Below, in pieces: positions 11,706 through 26,002 of a stretch of DNA of 64,000 bases. The notes under the pieces are model-generated. The model was not told the DNA's origin. It saw only the letters and a program-made list of their open reading frames with translations, and ran no database searches. A program made the position numbers and the translations under genes. Each line of letters begins with the position of its first letter. Position 1 is the first letter of the stretch. Source of the DNA: Eledone cirrhosa (Eukaryota); NCBI GenBank assembly GCA_964016885.1, contig OZ024742.1:218984001-219048000 (forward strand), read 5' to 3'.

Positions 11706-12456
11706 CGTCCGACAATAATTCGCGTACTCTCAGGTCTTGAATAATCATCCCCACATATTAATTTGTCAGATCCCCTTCCCTCGGTTTTAATTCCACCCCC
11801 ACCCGCTTACTATATTTTGCTACTCTATCTCCGGCAAAATTGTATTGTAAATGATTCATATTGATATGACAAAAGAACATTACAAGAAATCCCATATTTA
11901 CGAACGTACACTATACAATTGCCGATTTACCAAGCCCCAACCCCTATTATTACCACCCCTCCTATTATTTGGGACCCGAGAGGGCCTACTAAAATCTCCT
12001 CCAGTCTATAACACAAGACTCCCTTTTAATCCCCCTCTCTGTATCTAACAAGACCAAACTCTACTCCTCTCTATATCTACTAAGACACCACCGCTTTTAT
12101 CCTACTCTCTATATCTAAGACTAATACACTCTCACTCTCTATAAATATCTATTCTTATCTCTCCCAATCCTCTTCTGTATATCAATCACCTCTAAACACT
12201 CCCCTCTCTATATCTACTTCGCGGTACTCTCTTCCAACCCCCCTCTCTATATCAATTACCACTTGATATAGACGTGATTTACTTTGCTCCGGATTTTTAC
12301 GGATTTTTGTCAAAAAAACTGAGTTTATTGATCAATTTAATAACATTGTTTGGTTTAGCCCCTTGCCTTGGCCGTCAGACGTTAAGTCAACAAATTTTCG
12401 CCCCTTTCTGGGGCGAAATTTTCAATTTTCATCTAAAAACTGTAGACTTGGTGGCA

Positions 12457-14103
12457 ATGGATGCCATTTCCACCTCGCACACTGTCGTGAGTGCCACGCC
12501 CACTAAGGAAAGTGGTGGAGGGAAGGTAGGAGTACAAAGCTTGCAGCCGTCCCCCCTCGTATCATCGAAAAACGTGGAAAATATCGAAACCGCGAAACCA
12601 AACCCGGTAAATAATACCAGCACCAACAACAAGAACAATGACAACAACACCACAACCAACAACTGCAACAATAGCAACACCAATATTACCAACAATGACA
12701 GTAACACGAAAGACAACAACACCAAAACAACATTTGCACAGACCGTAAAAAAAAACGAACTATACACGCCAATAGACATAACAAATGCTAAACAACTATT
12801 ACAAGACGCAAAACAATTCGTGACTTTTGGCGAAAACGGTGCTTTTAGCATCAATTCTCCACAGGAATTACGTAGAGAGGCTGTCCTGAAAACTGTGGTT
12901 TTCAGGACAATATTGAACGTAACAAGAAAACCAGCTCAATTATCACAAAATGAGATTGAGCTGGTTCTAAAAGACGCAATGAAGGACTTAACCTTCATAC
13001 AAAAAGGTAAACTGTTTGGTAGCATTTCGGTGTTAATGAACAACCAGTCAACAGCTCAAAAGTACTCCATAGCACCCATTGTGTCCCCCCGCTTCACCTT
13101 TTACCCACATACAGAGGAAAAAGGACACAAAGAATAAAAATAATGAGTATCACACCAAATGTAAACATTTGGTGGATACTATGTGGAATAATAAACTTTG
13201 ACGAAGACAAGATAATTTCAATAGGAAAGTCCTCCGGAGGTGTATTTGGTGGGACCACCGTAGAAGTTCTGGTGCAAATGAGCCCAGAACCAATAGCGAA
13301 TATCCCACAACGCGTGCCTCTGGACGGGCTAACTTATATAAACATTTCAGTGGAGGGAAGGCGGCCGTCATGTTACCACTGCTTAAGCAGGGGTCACCTG
13401 ACGGCTGCCTGTCCTCAATTAACGAGTAAAAAAAAAAAGGCTCTTCTGCCAACCCCGAACACAACAACACAACCACCACCACCACCACCACAACACGGAA
13501 AAATAACACAAAACACTGTTCCAACCCCTCCCCACCTAAAACAAATACAAAAGCAACCACAACAAAACCCCAAAATATACCCCTCCCCAACAACACGGAA
13601 GAGGACTCCGTATCAACGTCACCCAGTGACGACGAGGGAGAACCCTTTCAACAGGTGAAAAGGAAAAAAAAGGCACCACATTAACAAAATGCCACAAACA
13701 CACAACCACCAGCACAAACAGAACAAACATCACAAATAAAAAACCCACCCCTCCCCAAAACATAACACGTACTACAAAACGCAAACATGTGCAAGAACAA
13801 CAAACAAAAACAAACACAACACAACAAAAACTCTATACATACATTAACAAGAACAATAAAACGTTGATGAAAGCGATAGAAAATAATCCTTCGGTGGAAA
13901 CCGAAGGGATCACTTTCACCTACGCAGCGAAAAAACCGCACCTAATGATGATTAGGGTCCCAACGGAAACCTATGTAACTTTGAAAAAGAACCATCCAAT
14001 GCATGTGGGGACCAACTGCACCAAACCACATAACAGCATCCTATTGAGATGTTTCCCCACACCCACACCAGACACCAAACACCCTAATCCCACCACACAC
14101 TGA
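12457..14103 (+). pseudogene. LINE ORF1 (gag-like), frameshifted
   Basis: Asn/Thr-rich N-terminus and CYHCLSRGHLTAAC zinc knuckle, split across ORFs 12274-13137, 13143-13658 and 13789-14103. Confidence 0.8.
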
Positions 14104-14241
14104 TGTCCTCACCCCACCACAAACCGCCACCCCACCAAACAACCCTTCCAACACCCCCATGGAAATTGTGCAGCCTGGTCCCCAGGAGACGAAGAGGTAA
14201 GTAATTTCCTTTCCTCTTCCTTTTAACTCTTCAGCACCAAC

Positions 14242-17200
14242 ATGGCCAATATAAGAGTTGGATGTGTGAATGCACGCGGCCTGGGGATGTCCTGGAAACA
14301 GGGCAAACTCTTAAATGACCTCAGGTCGCACAGAGTGGATGTAATGGTTATTTGCGAGTCCAGGATCAGCAGCGAGCGCCAACTGGCCCCCATCTTCGAC
14401 GACTTTGAGATCTACGCATCTCTCTGTCAGCCGAGAGGTGGGGTTGTCGTTCTGCTGCGAAAATACCTGGGTCTTGCCACACTGAAGGTACACCTGGACC
14501 CGAAGGGTCGACTGGTGGTTTTAGACGTCGGCAGTGGTGAAGGTGGAGCTTTCAGGCTGGTGGCAGCGTATGTCCCATCTAGGACACCGCGACCGAACTT
14601 CTTCCGACGCCTGGAGAATTTCCTGGGAACGTCTCGCTCCTTGCTTTTAGTGGGGGACTGGAATGGTATCCTGGATGCACGTTGGGACTATGTAGGGGCA
14701 TGTCCCGATAGAGGGGGGTGTAACAGCCTCAAACGATTAATCGGCCGATTTGATCTGGCCGATAGATATCGACTAGATTGTCCGACTGTGCCACGGTGGA
14801 CGTGGAGTAATCGCAGCGGAACATCTAGGTCGTACCTAGATAGGTTCCTAGTTAGAAATAAGGATAGGGACATATTAAGCTGTCCACGAATGTTCATGGT
14901 TGACTATTCGGATCACAAGTTGGTGACCGGAGTGGTCAACCTTCATAGAATTCATAGACAGGGACCCGGTTACTGGAAGGTAAACTTGTCTTTACCGACA
15001 AACAAAGCTTACAGTAAGCGGATTAGCACACTAGTTAAGCAGTGTTTGACGGGGGCAATTGTCAACAACAGGTGGTGGGGCTCTCTCAAGAGAGAAATTA
15101 GAATAGAATCGATAGGTTTTAGTCGGGAATTAGCATCAGATAGGAATAGAACTGAAAGGGAATTAACAAAGAGTAGATTATGAGTGGCAACGTGGCCGGC
15201 GTGCTGGCGTCAAGAACGGCCCTAGACCAGTTCTTTGATGCGAAGCACGAGGGCTGCGTTGTCAGGAGTAAAATACGTGCTCTGGGTAACGAGGGAGCCA
15301 AAGCTGTTAGCTGGGCCCGAGTGACAGAGGCAAAAAGTGGAAACAAGTCCACGATTCGGTCTTTGAAGGACCAGAATGGACGCGTGATCCTTGAACCTGA
15401 GCGGATGAGCGAGGCCTTTCAACGGCGCTTTGCACGACTGTTCGGGAGGGGCGGCGGGCCGGGTGGGGCCATGGATTTCGGTCCATACCTCGACGGTCTG
15501 GCGCGGCTCTCGGACGGGGAGGCGAAGTCCTGCGAGAGGCCGATTTCAGCCGCTGAAATAGGGGAAGCGCTGAGCCAATGTGGCAAACGCAAATCTCCGG
15601 GTCTCGATGGTCTACCATACGAACTTTATGTAGCGATGCCGGTCTTGTTCTCCGGTCTCCTCGAGGCGGTCTACTGCAACTGGCAACAGAACGGGAGAAT
15701 TCCCAGTTCTGTGACCAAGGGCGTAGTCGCACTGGTGAGGAAGGACGAGAACAAGGGGGATGACATAGATAACTTCAGGCCCATAACTCTGCTAAACACA
15801 GAGTTAAAGATTTTGGCCAATGTGTTAGCGAAGAGGGTGACGCTTGTCGTCGGGAACCTGGTGCGAGAAGCGCAGACATGCGCAAACCCGTCCAGGTCCA
15901 TACACGACAACCTCCACCTCATGCGATACATCGTAGAGAGGGTAGCGAACGAACCCGGCTTTGGTGGGGCCCTGATCAACTTGGATCAATCTAAAGCGTT
16001 CGATAGGGTTGACCATCGGTACCTGGATGCGGTGCTCGCGGCGGCAGGCTTCGGACCCGTTTTCAGGGGCTGGATTGCTGCAATGCACAGCAGCAACACC
16101 TGCTCGAGGGTCAAGGTGAACGGCTACCTCTCGGAGCCGTTCCAAATCACGCGATCCATTCGACAGGGATGCCCTCTCTCCTCCCTCCTGTATGTGCTGG
16201 CTCTCGAGCCACTACTGCGGAAGCTGGAGCTGTTGCAGAGCATCCCCTTGGAACTGGGATTGCGGAAAGCGGTGTCGGCCTACGCCGATGACGTGACAGT
16301 AATGGTGTCGTGCGCCTCGGAAATCGGGCAGATCGGCACCTTACTGGAGGAATATGAAAGGTTCACAGGAGCCAAGCTGAACCGGGACAAGTCTGTCGGT
16401 TTGCAACTCGGGACGTGGAGGGGCAAAACGATGCCCTCCGACGGCAACGTCGGACGCTGGACGCTGGGACCGGTGAAGCTGCTCGGGGTCTGGTTCGGAC
16501 CGGACCTCCAGGTGGAGAAAAACTGAGACGAGGTAACGGGCAAGGTGTTTGCACTCGCCCAGAAGTGGGCCGAGTGCAAACTATCCCTGAAAGGTCGAGC
16601 GGAGGTGGCGAACGCTTATATAGCGTCCGTCATCTACTACCGCTTGACCGTCGTGCCTTGCCCAGAGAAAACACTCGCTAAAATGAAGCGCGCGCTCTTC
16701 CGATTTCTTTGGAAGAAGCGGGCTCCTTTGGTGAGAAGATCCATCTGCTGTCAACACCCTTCGAACGGAGGGCTGACGATGGCTGACCGTGGCTGACGAT
16801 GCGTAGACACGCATTAAGGCTACGGCACCTCCAGGTATTCCTCACCGGTCAGCCGGTGTTTGTGAGGCGAGCCTTTCCGAGACTCGTCTCACTCACCGTG
16901 CTGCAATCCTGGGTCAAGCAAAGACCAAGAAAAGTGGGCGACTGGCACATTGAATGTGTCCAGGCGCTCACGGCCCTCTGGCAAGCGGATCCGGCAATCA
17001 GTGGAGACTCAACCTCAACATTCTATAGAGGGTTGGTGCGCAGTAAGTGCGACGACGCTCTCGAAGAGGCTCTGGGCATGGAGGAAGACGAGCTGGCCAG
17101 TCTGTTCGGTAGGACGTTTGGCCCGCGACCGATGGACAACTTCCAAAAGTCCCTGGCTTGGCAATGTTACCGAGGAGCTCTACCCGTTCGGGACAAGCTC

Positions 17201-17659
17201 TACAGACACGGGTGCCCGGGTAGGGACCCCTCGAAGAAGATCTGTCCAAGATGCGTGCGTGACGAGGAAACCGTCGCACACGCATTCGTACACTGCCCGG
17301 GCGTTGCTGACCTGTGGGGCTATGTGGAACGTCTACTGTCGCGGGTGGGACCAATCCGGTTGACCACCGAGAACATTGTCACAATCAAACCGCCTCCCCC
17401 TTTCAAAAACGAAGGAGAGGCGGTTTTCCTCTGTGTGATAGCCATGGCGAAAGAAATTGTATGGTGGACAAGGTTGAAAGGGCTGAGGTCAGACACCTTT
17501 CTCTCCGGCCAACAACTGGTCTTTTTTTTCAAGTACCACTTTAGAAGAAGGATCAGAATGGAGAGAGAGGTGCTCTACCCCAGCAAGTTTTATGAAAGGT
17601 GGGTGAAAGTAGCGAGAATGGCCCGAGTGAATGGGCCTTCTCTCTATATCAGCCTGTAG
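14242..17659 (+). pseudogene. LINE ORF2: AP endonuclease, reverse transcriptase and C-terminal Cys/His domain, disrupted
   Basis: NARGL, GDWN, LDR, SDH (APE); KSPGLDG, FRPITLLN, DQSKAFD, RQGCPLS, YADD (RT); CPRC..ETVAHAFVHC. Breaks near 15180, 16524 and 16796. Confidence 0.93.
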
Positions 17660-18504
17660 GTGAGAGAGGAGAAGAATGAGAAGAGGAAGGAAGCACCCGT
17701 TCTTTGTGCTCCTGAAGAGGAGGGTTGCATATTTTTTCGGGGGTGTGTGCGACCCATGTCAACGCCCCTCCCTATTGAGGACATCGATTGTTAAATTTAA
17801 TTTGTTATATGTTTTTTACACGTCTTTTTAAATGTATGTAAACTCCCCCCTTTGTATTTGTCCCAATCATTGGTGCCCTGGTGGCAAATAAATAGAAATA
17901 TATATTAATTATCACCAAACTATCCTCCTCTCCATAACTACCATACAGCACCCTCTCTCTTATTCCCCCTCGCTCTATCCATCACTACCAAAATCTCCCC
18001 CTCTATCCATCCTCTCACACTATTCATTGCCACCAAACTCTCCCCCTATCTACATCAACCAAACAACACTCTCTCGCAATCCGCCTCTCTATATCAATTA
18101 GCACCAAACACTCCCCCTCTCTATATCTACTACACGGTGTTTTGCATAGCTACGGCATTCTAAATGTTTACCTGTAAACATACCATATTTCTTTAGAAAT
18201 ACGAAATTCTAATACATATCTGTAGAAAGCTATGCATGAAGCTAAATCTTAATTCTCTCTCTCTCGCTCCCTCTCTCTCTATCTCTGTCACTCTCTCTCT
18301 CTCTATCTTTCTCTCGCTCCCTCTCTCTCTCTCTCTCGCTCCCTCTCTCCCTCTCTCTCTCTATATATATATATATATACATATATATGAAGTATATATA
18401 TATATATGAAGTATATATAAACCCGTAGAGTTTAGTTTCAGACGATCCCGTAAATGGTGAAAGCAACGATTCTTTGATTAAACTTTAATCTGTATTTATG
18501 ATAT

Positions 18505-20435
<1,931 letters not shown>

Positions 20436-20612
20436 ATGAAGTAATTCCGTCGGAAAGGTCCAGGAAAAAAGAGTGCTCTATGTAGGTTACAGAGCTTATT
20501 AGTTATGTAATAAACAACATAACACTTATTTCATTTACCAGTGGTTTCTTGAAAGCAAACAAATTTGCTTTCAGTCATTATCTTATGTTGTTTATTACAT
20601 AACTAATAAATA
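20436..20612 (-). mobile_element. PLE-like remnant with 3' half of an HHR and a short inverted arm; related to 32530-32660
   Basis: Reverse complement: ugaaagcaaa..uuugcuuuca-a-GAAAc cacug g-UA. Shares acatagagcactctt with 32599. 20497-20522 is inverse to 20583-20609. Confidence 0.6.
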
Positions 20613-20617
20613 AATAA

Positions 20618-20723
<106 letters not shown>

Positions 20724-20897
20724 TTACTAGTCTGTGTGCTATTATGCTGCACCATTAAAAGAGCGCTTATAGCCTTCAGTAGACCCAAAAGTGCCGCCCC
20801 ATAACCGCGTCACCCGGGACAGACTAGCTATGCTATTACATGTAGACGCATGCCTAGTGTTTGTGAACCCCAATCTCAATCTATTTTATCCATCACT

Positions 20898-21087
20898 GCG
20901 GTGAATTGGCAGTATCGGTAGAGGGTCGGACGCCATGCTTTGACGCATAGAGTTACGGTCCTTGCCATTTTGAGTTCAAATCCCGCCGAGGTTAACTTTG
21001 CCTTTCATCCTTACGGGGTCGATAAAATAAAGTACCAGTAATGTACTTGGTAATTGCTGGCCTTGTGCCAATAGTAGAAACAACTAT
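20898..21087 (+). mobile_element. tRNA-derived SINE family 1
   Basis: Consensus match to 11514-11705. Confidence 0.9.
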
Positions 21088-21865
21088 TTCACATTGGAAA
21101 TCCCCCAAGTTTCGGTTTCAAGAAACACCTTTAAACGCAGTATTTACCTTTTTTAAAAAAAAAATAAAAAAATAAAAATATCTATACATACATATATACA
21201 TACGTACGTACGTACGTAGTACGTACATTCACACACATATATATATGTGTACAAATATATATGTGTGTGTGAGAGTGTGTGTGTACGTATATGTATATAA
21301 ACACATGCACACATGAATATATCTACCCCCCACACATACACTTCTGAATGTAAGTAGTTTGTTTACGTTGTTGTAAAGTACTATAATTACCACTAGACTT
21401 TCATTTGTGTCTTCAATTTCTAGCATTTTACGTGGTGATATTTCTCTATTTCTCAAACAGTAGCCTCGCCTTAACTTTAAAGATAACACACAGACACACA
21501 ACAGACACACAAGTATCAGTCTATGCGAGCGTCGGACGAAAGGTTTTTACGATATTTATTCCGGCTCGGTCTATCATGAGTTCAAATAACGATCAACTTT
21601 GTTTTTATTCCTTTCGAGGTTGACATGGTAAAGTACCAGCCCAGAGTGGCCGAGGATCGACGGAATCGTTAAAGTATTGGAAGAGAATGCATTCCGGCAT
21701 TTATTCTAAGTGTACACCCCATCGTTGATGTATTTTTTTTTTAAATGTCTATTATTGATTCCAGAATCGGGCCAGATCGATACAGATCGAACGTTGAGCT
21801 GATCAATAGCGAAACGTGCGTCACTACTCAATTCGTCCTTTTCCTATTATATATATATATATATA

Positions 21866-22425
21866 CTAGCAGAAGTACCCGGCGTTGCCCGGGTGTAAGT
21901 CGACCTTTGGTCTGTTAGAATGTGTGAAAGTTACTTCCCGCGCATCACAGGTTCAAAACTTCGAACTTCAATGGAAAAAAATAGGTTAGTAGACACAGGT
22001 GTGTAATTTATTAATTGTAGTTACACAGTGTATCGTTGAAATTGTTCTCTGCACGACTGACGGAAGTCAAAATCGCTTGATATTGAATGTTCAGTTAATT
22101 TAAAGCAGGGTGAAAATGTCGATTACTTTCAGGGTTTGTTTTTTTTACAATTGTTGCGCTCACATGTGCAGAAGAAGAATTAAAAGGGCCTTTATCTTAA
22201 CCGCGGCATAATGGCGAGTGTTTTGTGACAGTTTTCAAGAATATAGGACCTTCCTGTAAAAAGTTTTCCAATGTGTAACTTTGCCTTGTTTTTTTGCGCA
22301 AAGTCGAGCCCCGCTTCAGTTTTATTGATTTTTTACATCAATGCGTGAAGTAGATTTGAGTAGCTAAAAACCTGTCCCGGTAAATTTGCTATAGGTGAAA
22401 AAAAGTTGATCAAAATTGTATCTAG
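21866..22425 (-). mobile_element. Non-autonomous Helitron; 3' end clear, 5' end uncertain
   Basis: Reverse complement ends cccgggcaacgccggg hairpin-tacttctg-CTAG|T. Confidence 0.6.
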
Positions 22426-23042
22426 GGTTATTGCCCTTTGCCACAGCCTCAAGCCTCGTCTGACGGGATGTTGGTGATTCCTCCGTCAGCGCTTGTTGGC
22501 GACGAAGGCGAACATCAGCAAGCCTTGTCGTACGTGATGTTGGTGACTCAACCAGCCGGGAAAGACGTCTATCAGCGAGTCGAGATTCGCGCTCAGCAGG
22601 TGTTTCCTAGAGAAAATTAATTAATTCTACTGGTTAGCTAAGCCAATGGCAGTGTCAATAGTAAATGAGAAAAGTCTAACATGAACAAAAGGGAATCAAG
22701 GTAAGACAAATTTAATATAACTACGATTAGAATGTTGTAGTTGCTTAAAAGTGGTGACAATTAGGATAAACGCAGTACTTGCTAACATTAAGGGAGAATA
22801 TTGCATAAAGGATTAATCAATTGTGAATGAACTCATACCTGAGAACGCCTAATTCGTTGTCTCAAAGCAATAGCTGTACCTTTTTGGAGGTAAGTCTTGA
22901 ACGTTTCCGTGTGGGCATAACGACGTGTAACGAAGCTGTTAGGTTAGAGAGAGGTGATTAAATACAGAGAGAGATGACACCAGATTCGTTAGCATGGTTA
23001 CTGGTGAATGGGAAGGTTTGGAAATATGATTACAATAACTTA

Positions 23043-23297
23043 CCGAATTTTCCCGTCTATAAATTGCACTTAAAATAATTAAATTTAATCAAAAAACAGC
23101 TCTGCGCTTTATACTCCGGTGAGCCTTATGTATAAATAATACAATGGTAATCAATCACGGCTCTAACAGAAGTAATAGATCTAGACTAAAAGTAAAGAAG
23201 ATAGCATTTTCTGGTTGGCCTTACATGCCGTTGCGCGGACGTGATTTTAAATGATACGCCTTATATCCTGGTGAGCCCTATAGAGCGGAAAATATAT
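23043..23297. mobile_element. Decayed pogo/Tigger-like MITE
   Basis: ta-ccgaattttcccgtctataa ... ctatagagcggaaaata-ta ends; internal repeat ccggtgagcctta / ctggtgagcccta. Confidence 0.5.
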
Positions 23298-24277
23298 ATT
23301 GGAAAAGAATACGAATTCATGACCAAGGTGTGACAAAATAGGCGTCTATACAGCGCCTGAAACAAACTTGTCCAAAACCCTAGGATTTTTCTCGTTAAGT
23401 ATCCACCCAAAAGGAACCGTTTTTTAGTTACAAAAAATAACCAAAGTGTATAGTAGCTATATTTCTGACATATCATGCCAAAAAGAACAATATATTCAAA
23501 AAATGTTCTAAAGTACATTCAATCTCTCTTTTTTATTGGCTGTCAGTGTCTATCTGCATGCAGGTGTGCACAATTAATTGCAAATACGCTCATAACATTT
23601 AGTCGTAAGCAGAACAAAAAATGCCATTAGAGGTGGGCTAATAATGAAGACACAAACCCTGGTGAACTTACGTTTAAACACCCGAAAAGTTACTCACTTC
23701 CTGTGCAAAAGACTGTATTATAAATTAAGTAATTTTTTACAATAGATTAGAAGCACTCGACTGTAATACATAGACTATCATTAAACTTAAACTATATATA
23801 TTAGTATTGAAGTAAATATAAATATAGCCCTTCGTTAAGTAAAATAAAGTTTATGAAGAGTAAATATAATCACATGTAGATTTTTTAAAATAAATGAAAA
23901 TAAAAAAATAACGAAGTTTCACATAAAGTGGAATTTTGAATTAATTTAGATGATAAATTAACAAAATATATTATATATATTATATATATTATATGTGGAT
24001 ATATGCATTTTTAATACATTTTAATACATATTTAATAAGCATTAAAGATAAATTGTTTAATGTTGCATTATAATGCTAAATAGAATATCTTACCTTATAA
24101 TAAAACATTGTTATAATCTAGAATTAATTAAATTAAATTAAATTAATCTAAGCATATACATTTGTAATGAACTTAAATATTCGATTGCCGTAGAAATTAA
24201 TCTATGCATAATCATCTAGATATATTATAAACTTATAATTAATTAAAGCGTAATCCAATACAAGCGGTATCCACTAA

Positions 24278-25491
24278 TCTATATATATAAAACTGAGGTT
24301 GTCTGTCTGTCTATCGATTTTTGGCACACATCTCCTCTTAGAATCTCTCACGGAATTGCACCGAAATTGCTATACTTGTACATTGAGCCCTAGCGAAGAC
24401 ATCGGAAAAAAAATATTTCAAATTGACCCGCCCTATCTGACGAAATCGAATATAATGTATCGATTTTTGAGCGTAAGTGATCAGTTATTTCCCTTTGTTC
24501 TGTTTACATTCAGCGTAGCGTCTTACGTTCTCTTTACATTTTCTGCGTGCAAAAATTTAAAAAATGATTTCCCTTTGTTCTGTTTACATTCAGCGTAGCG
24601 TCTTACGTTCTGTTTACATTTTCTGCGTGCAAAAATTAAAAAATTACGCTGGCAAAAATTAAAAAAATTACGCTGGCTTTCTCAGCGTTTAAAATGACAT
24701 TAACACAATACACGAACAGTTGTCGAGCCAGCAAAATTTTGACCTGCAAAATTCATCAGTTCGAACACTAAGCTTCCGTTTTGCTTCATTTCCATTTAAA
24801 AGCCTTTTAAAACAATATTTTTACTTGAAAACAAGTCTATTTAAAGACTACGTAAAACAAGCAAATATTTCGTAAAAAAAAGCAAAAATTATATAAGTTT
24901 ATTTAAAATATATGTATCTGTAAATTTCGTTAGGCGTGCAGACAGACAGTCGTGCAGACAGACAGTCGTGCAGAGAGGTGATATAGGCGTGCAGACAGAC
25001 AGTCGTGCAGAGAGGTGATATAGGCGTGCAGACAGACAGTCGTGCAGAGAGGTGATATAGGTGTGCAGACAGACAGTCGTGCAGAGAGTTGATATAGGCG
25101 TGCAGACAGACAGTCGTGCAGAGAGGTGATATAGGCGTGCAGACAGACAGTCGTGCAGAGAGGTGATATAGGCGTGCAGACAGACATAACTGATAATTTG
25201 GTTACGCTAATGTTTTTCTCTGCGTTGCAGTGTTTACATTTTCGATCTTTGTTAATAAATAACCAGTGCAGTTTTTATCCCCAGCATCCTCTTTTGTTAT
25301 AACATTCGGGTTATCGTTATGTTTTCTTAACTTCATAAGGCATATTGTTGGTTGAGGGAATATTAATCAAAAACACCACATGCAAGTCTGCACAGTAGAC
25401 ACTACAGTTTTTAAGCCAAAACAGAAACTTAACATTGTAACTTTAACACAGCTACTGAGCGACCCCGAGCAACGCCGGGCTTTACTGCTAG
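24278..25491 (+). mobile_element. Non-autonomous Helitron with internal minisatellite
   Basis: A|TCTATATATATAAAA start; cccgagcaacgccggg hairpin and CTAG|T end. Confidence 0.85.
24931..25185 (+). repeat. 37-bp minisatellite, about 6.5 copies, inside the Helitron
   Basis: Unit taggcgtgcagacagacagtcgtgcagagaggtgata. Confidence 0.95.
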
Positions 25492-25874
25492 TAAACAATA
25501 AATATGAATAATTTTTGAATTTTTGTCAAGCATTTGAATACAAAGGGGTTTTTATTCTCTCCTTTACTTTATCCTTTCCTTTTCCTTTTCTTCTTTTCTC
25601 TCCGCATCTTACCTTTTTCTTCTTTCCTTTATTTCCCTTCTTTTCTCCCCGCATCTTCCCTTTTCTTCTTTTCTTTATTTCCCTTCTTTTCTCTCCGCAT
25701 CTTCCCTTTCACTCCCCTTCTATATTTCTTCATTGCTTTACGTCTTCTTCTTCTCTAAGTTTATCATATTATTTGTGGTATATAAATGTTGAGTGTTGGG
25801 GAAATAACTTACTGCCACTACAGGAATTGAAGATTCACGACCTTAGCGGGATGTCGTATATCCAATCTCTCATA

Positions 25875-25937
25875 TATTTTATCTGATGAAAACGTACTGA
25901 AACACCATTGTACCTTTGACATATGTATAATAAAATA
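25875..25937 (+). ncRNA. Decayed hammerhead, same family as 29399 and 57182
   Basis: tattttat-CTGATGA-...-GACA (for GAAA)-tatgta-TA-ataaaata. Confidence 0.55.
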
Positions 25938-26002
25938 TATACTTTGGTTATGATAATATTTCTCATTTATTAATATTTTGAATAATATTATATATATATA
26001 TT

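Larger units (their letters stand above)
12263..17901 (+). mobile_element. Near full-length L1/Tx1-clade LINE, inactivated by frameshifts and stops
   Basis: ORF1 with CCHC knuckle; ORF2 with APE, RT and Cys domain; AATAAA at about 17887; imperfect TSD atatcaattaccac (12249-12262) / atattaattatcac (17902-17915). Confidence 0.92.

Noticed and set aside
14311-17544. Antisense and alternate-frame ORFs over LINE, RTE and Helitron coding regions
   Set aside because: Shadow ORFs of transposon coding sequence with no recognisable motifs.
22445-22560. HDV-like ribozyme (tgttggtg/catcagca P2, tcctcc loop, gcgaa)
   Set aside because: No proper 7-bp P1 with G1; a competing ctgacgg/ccgtcag hairpin; the region is a diverged tandem duplication of about 69 bp.
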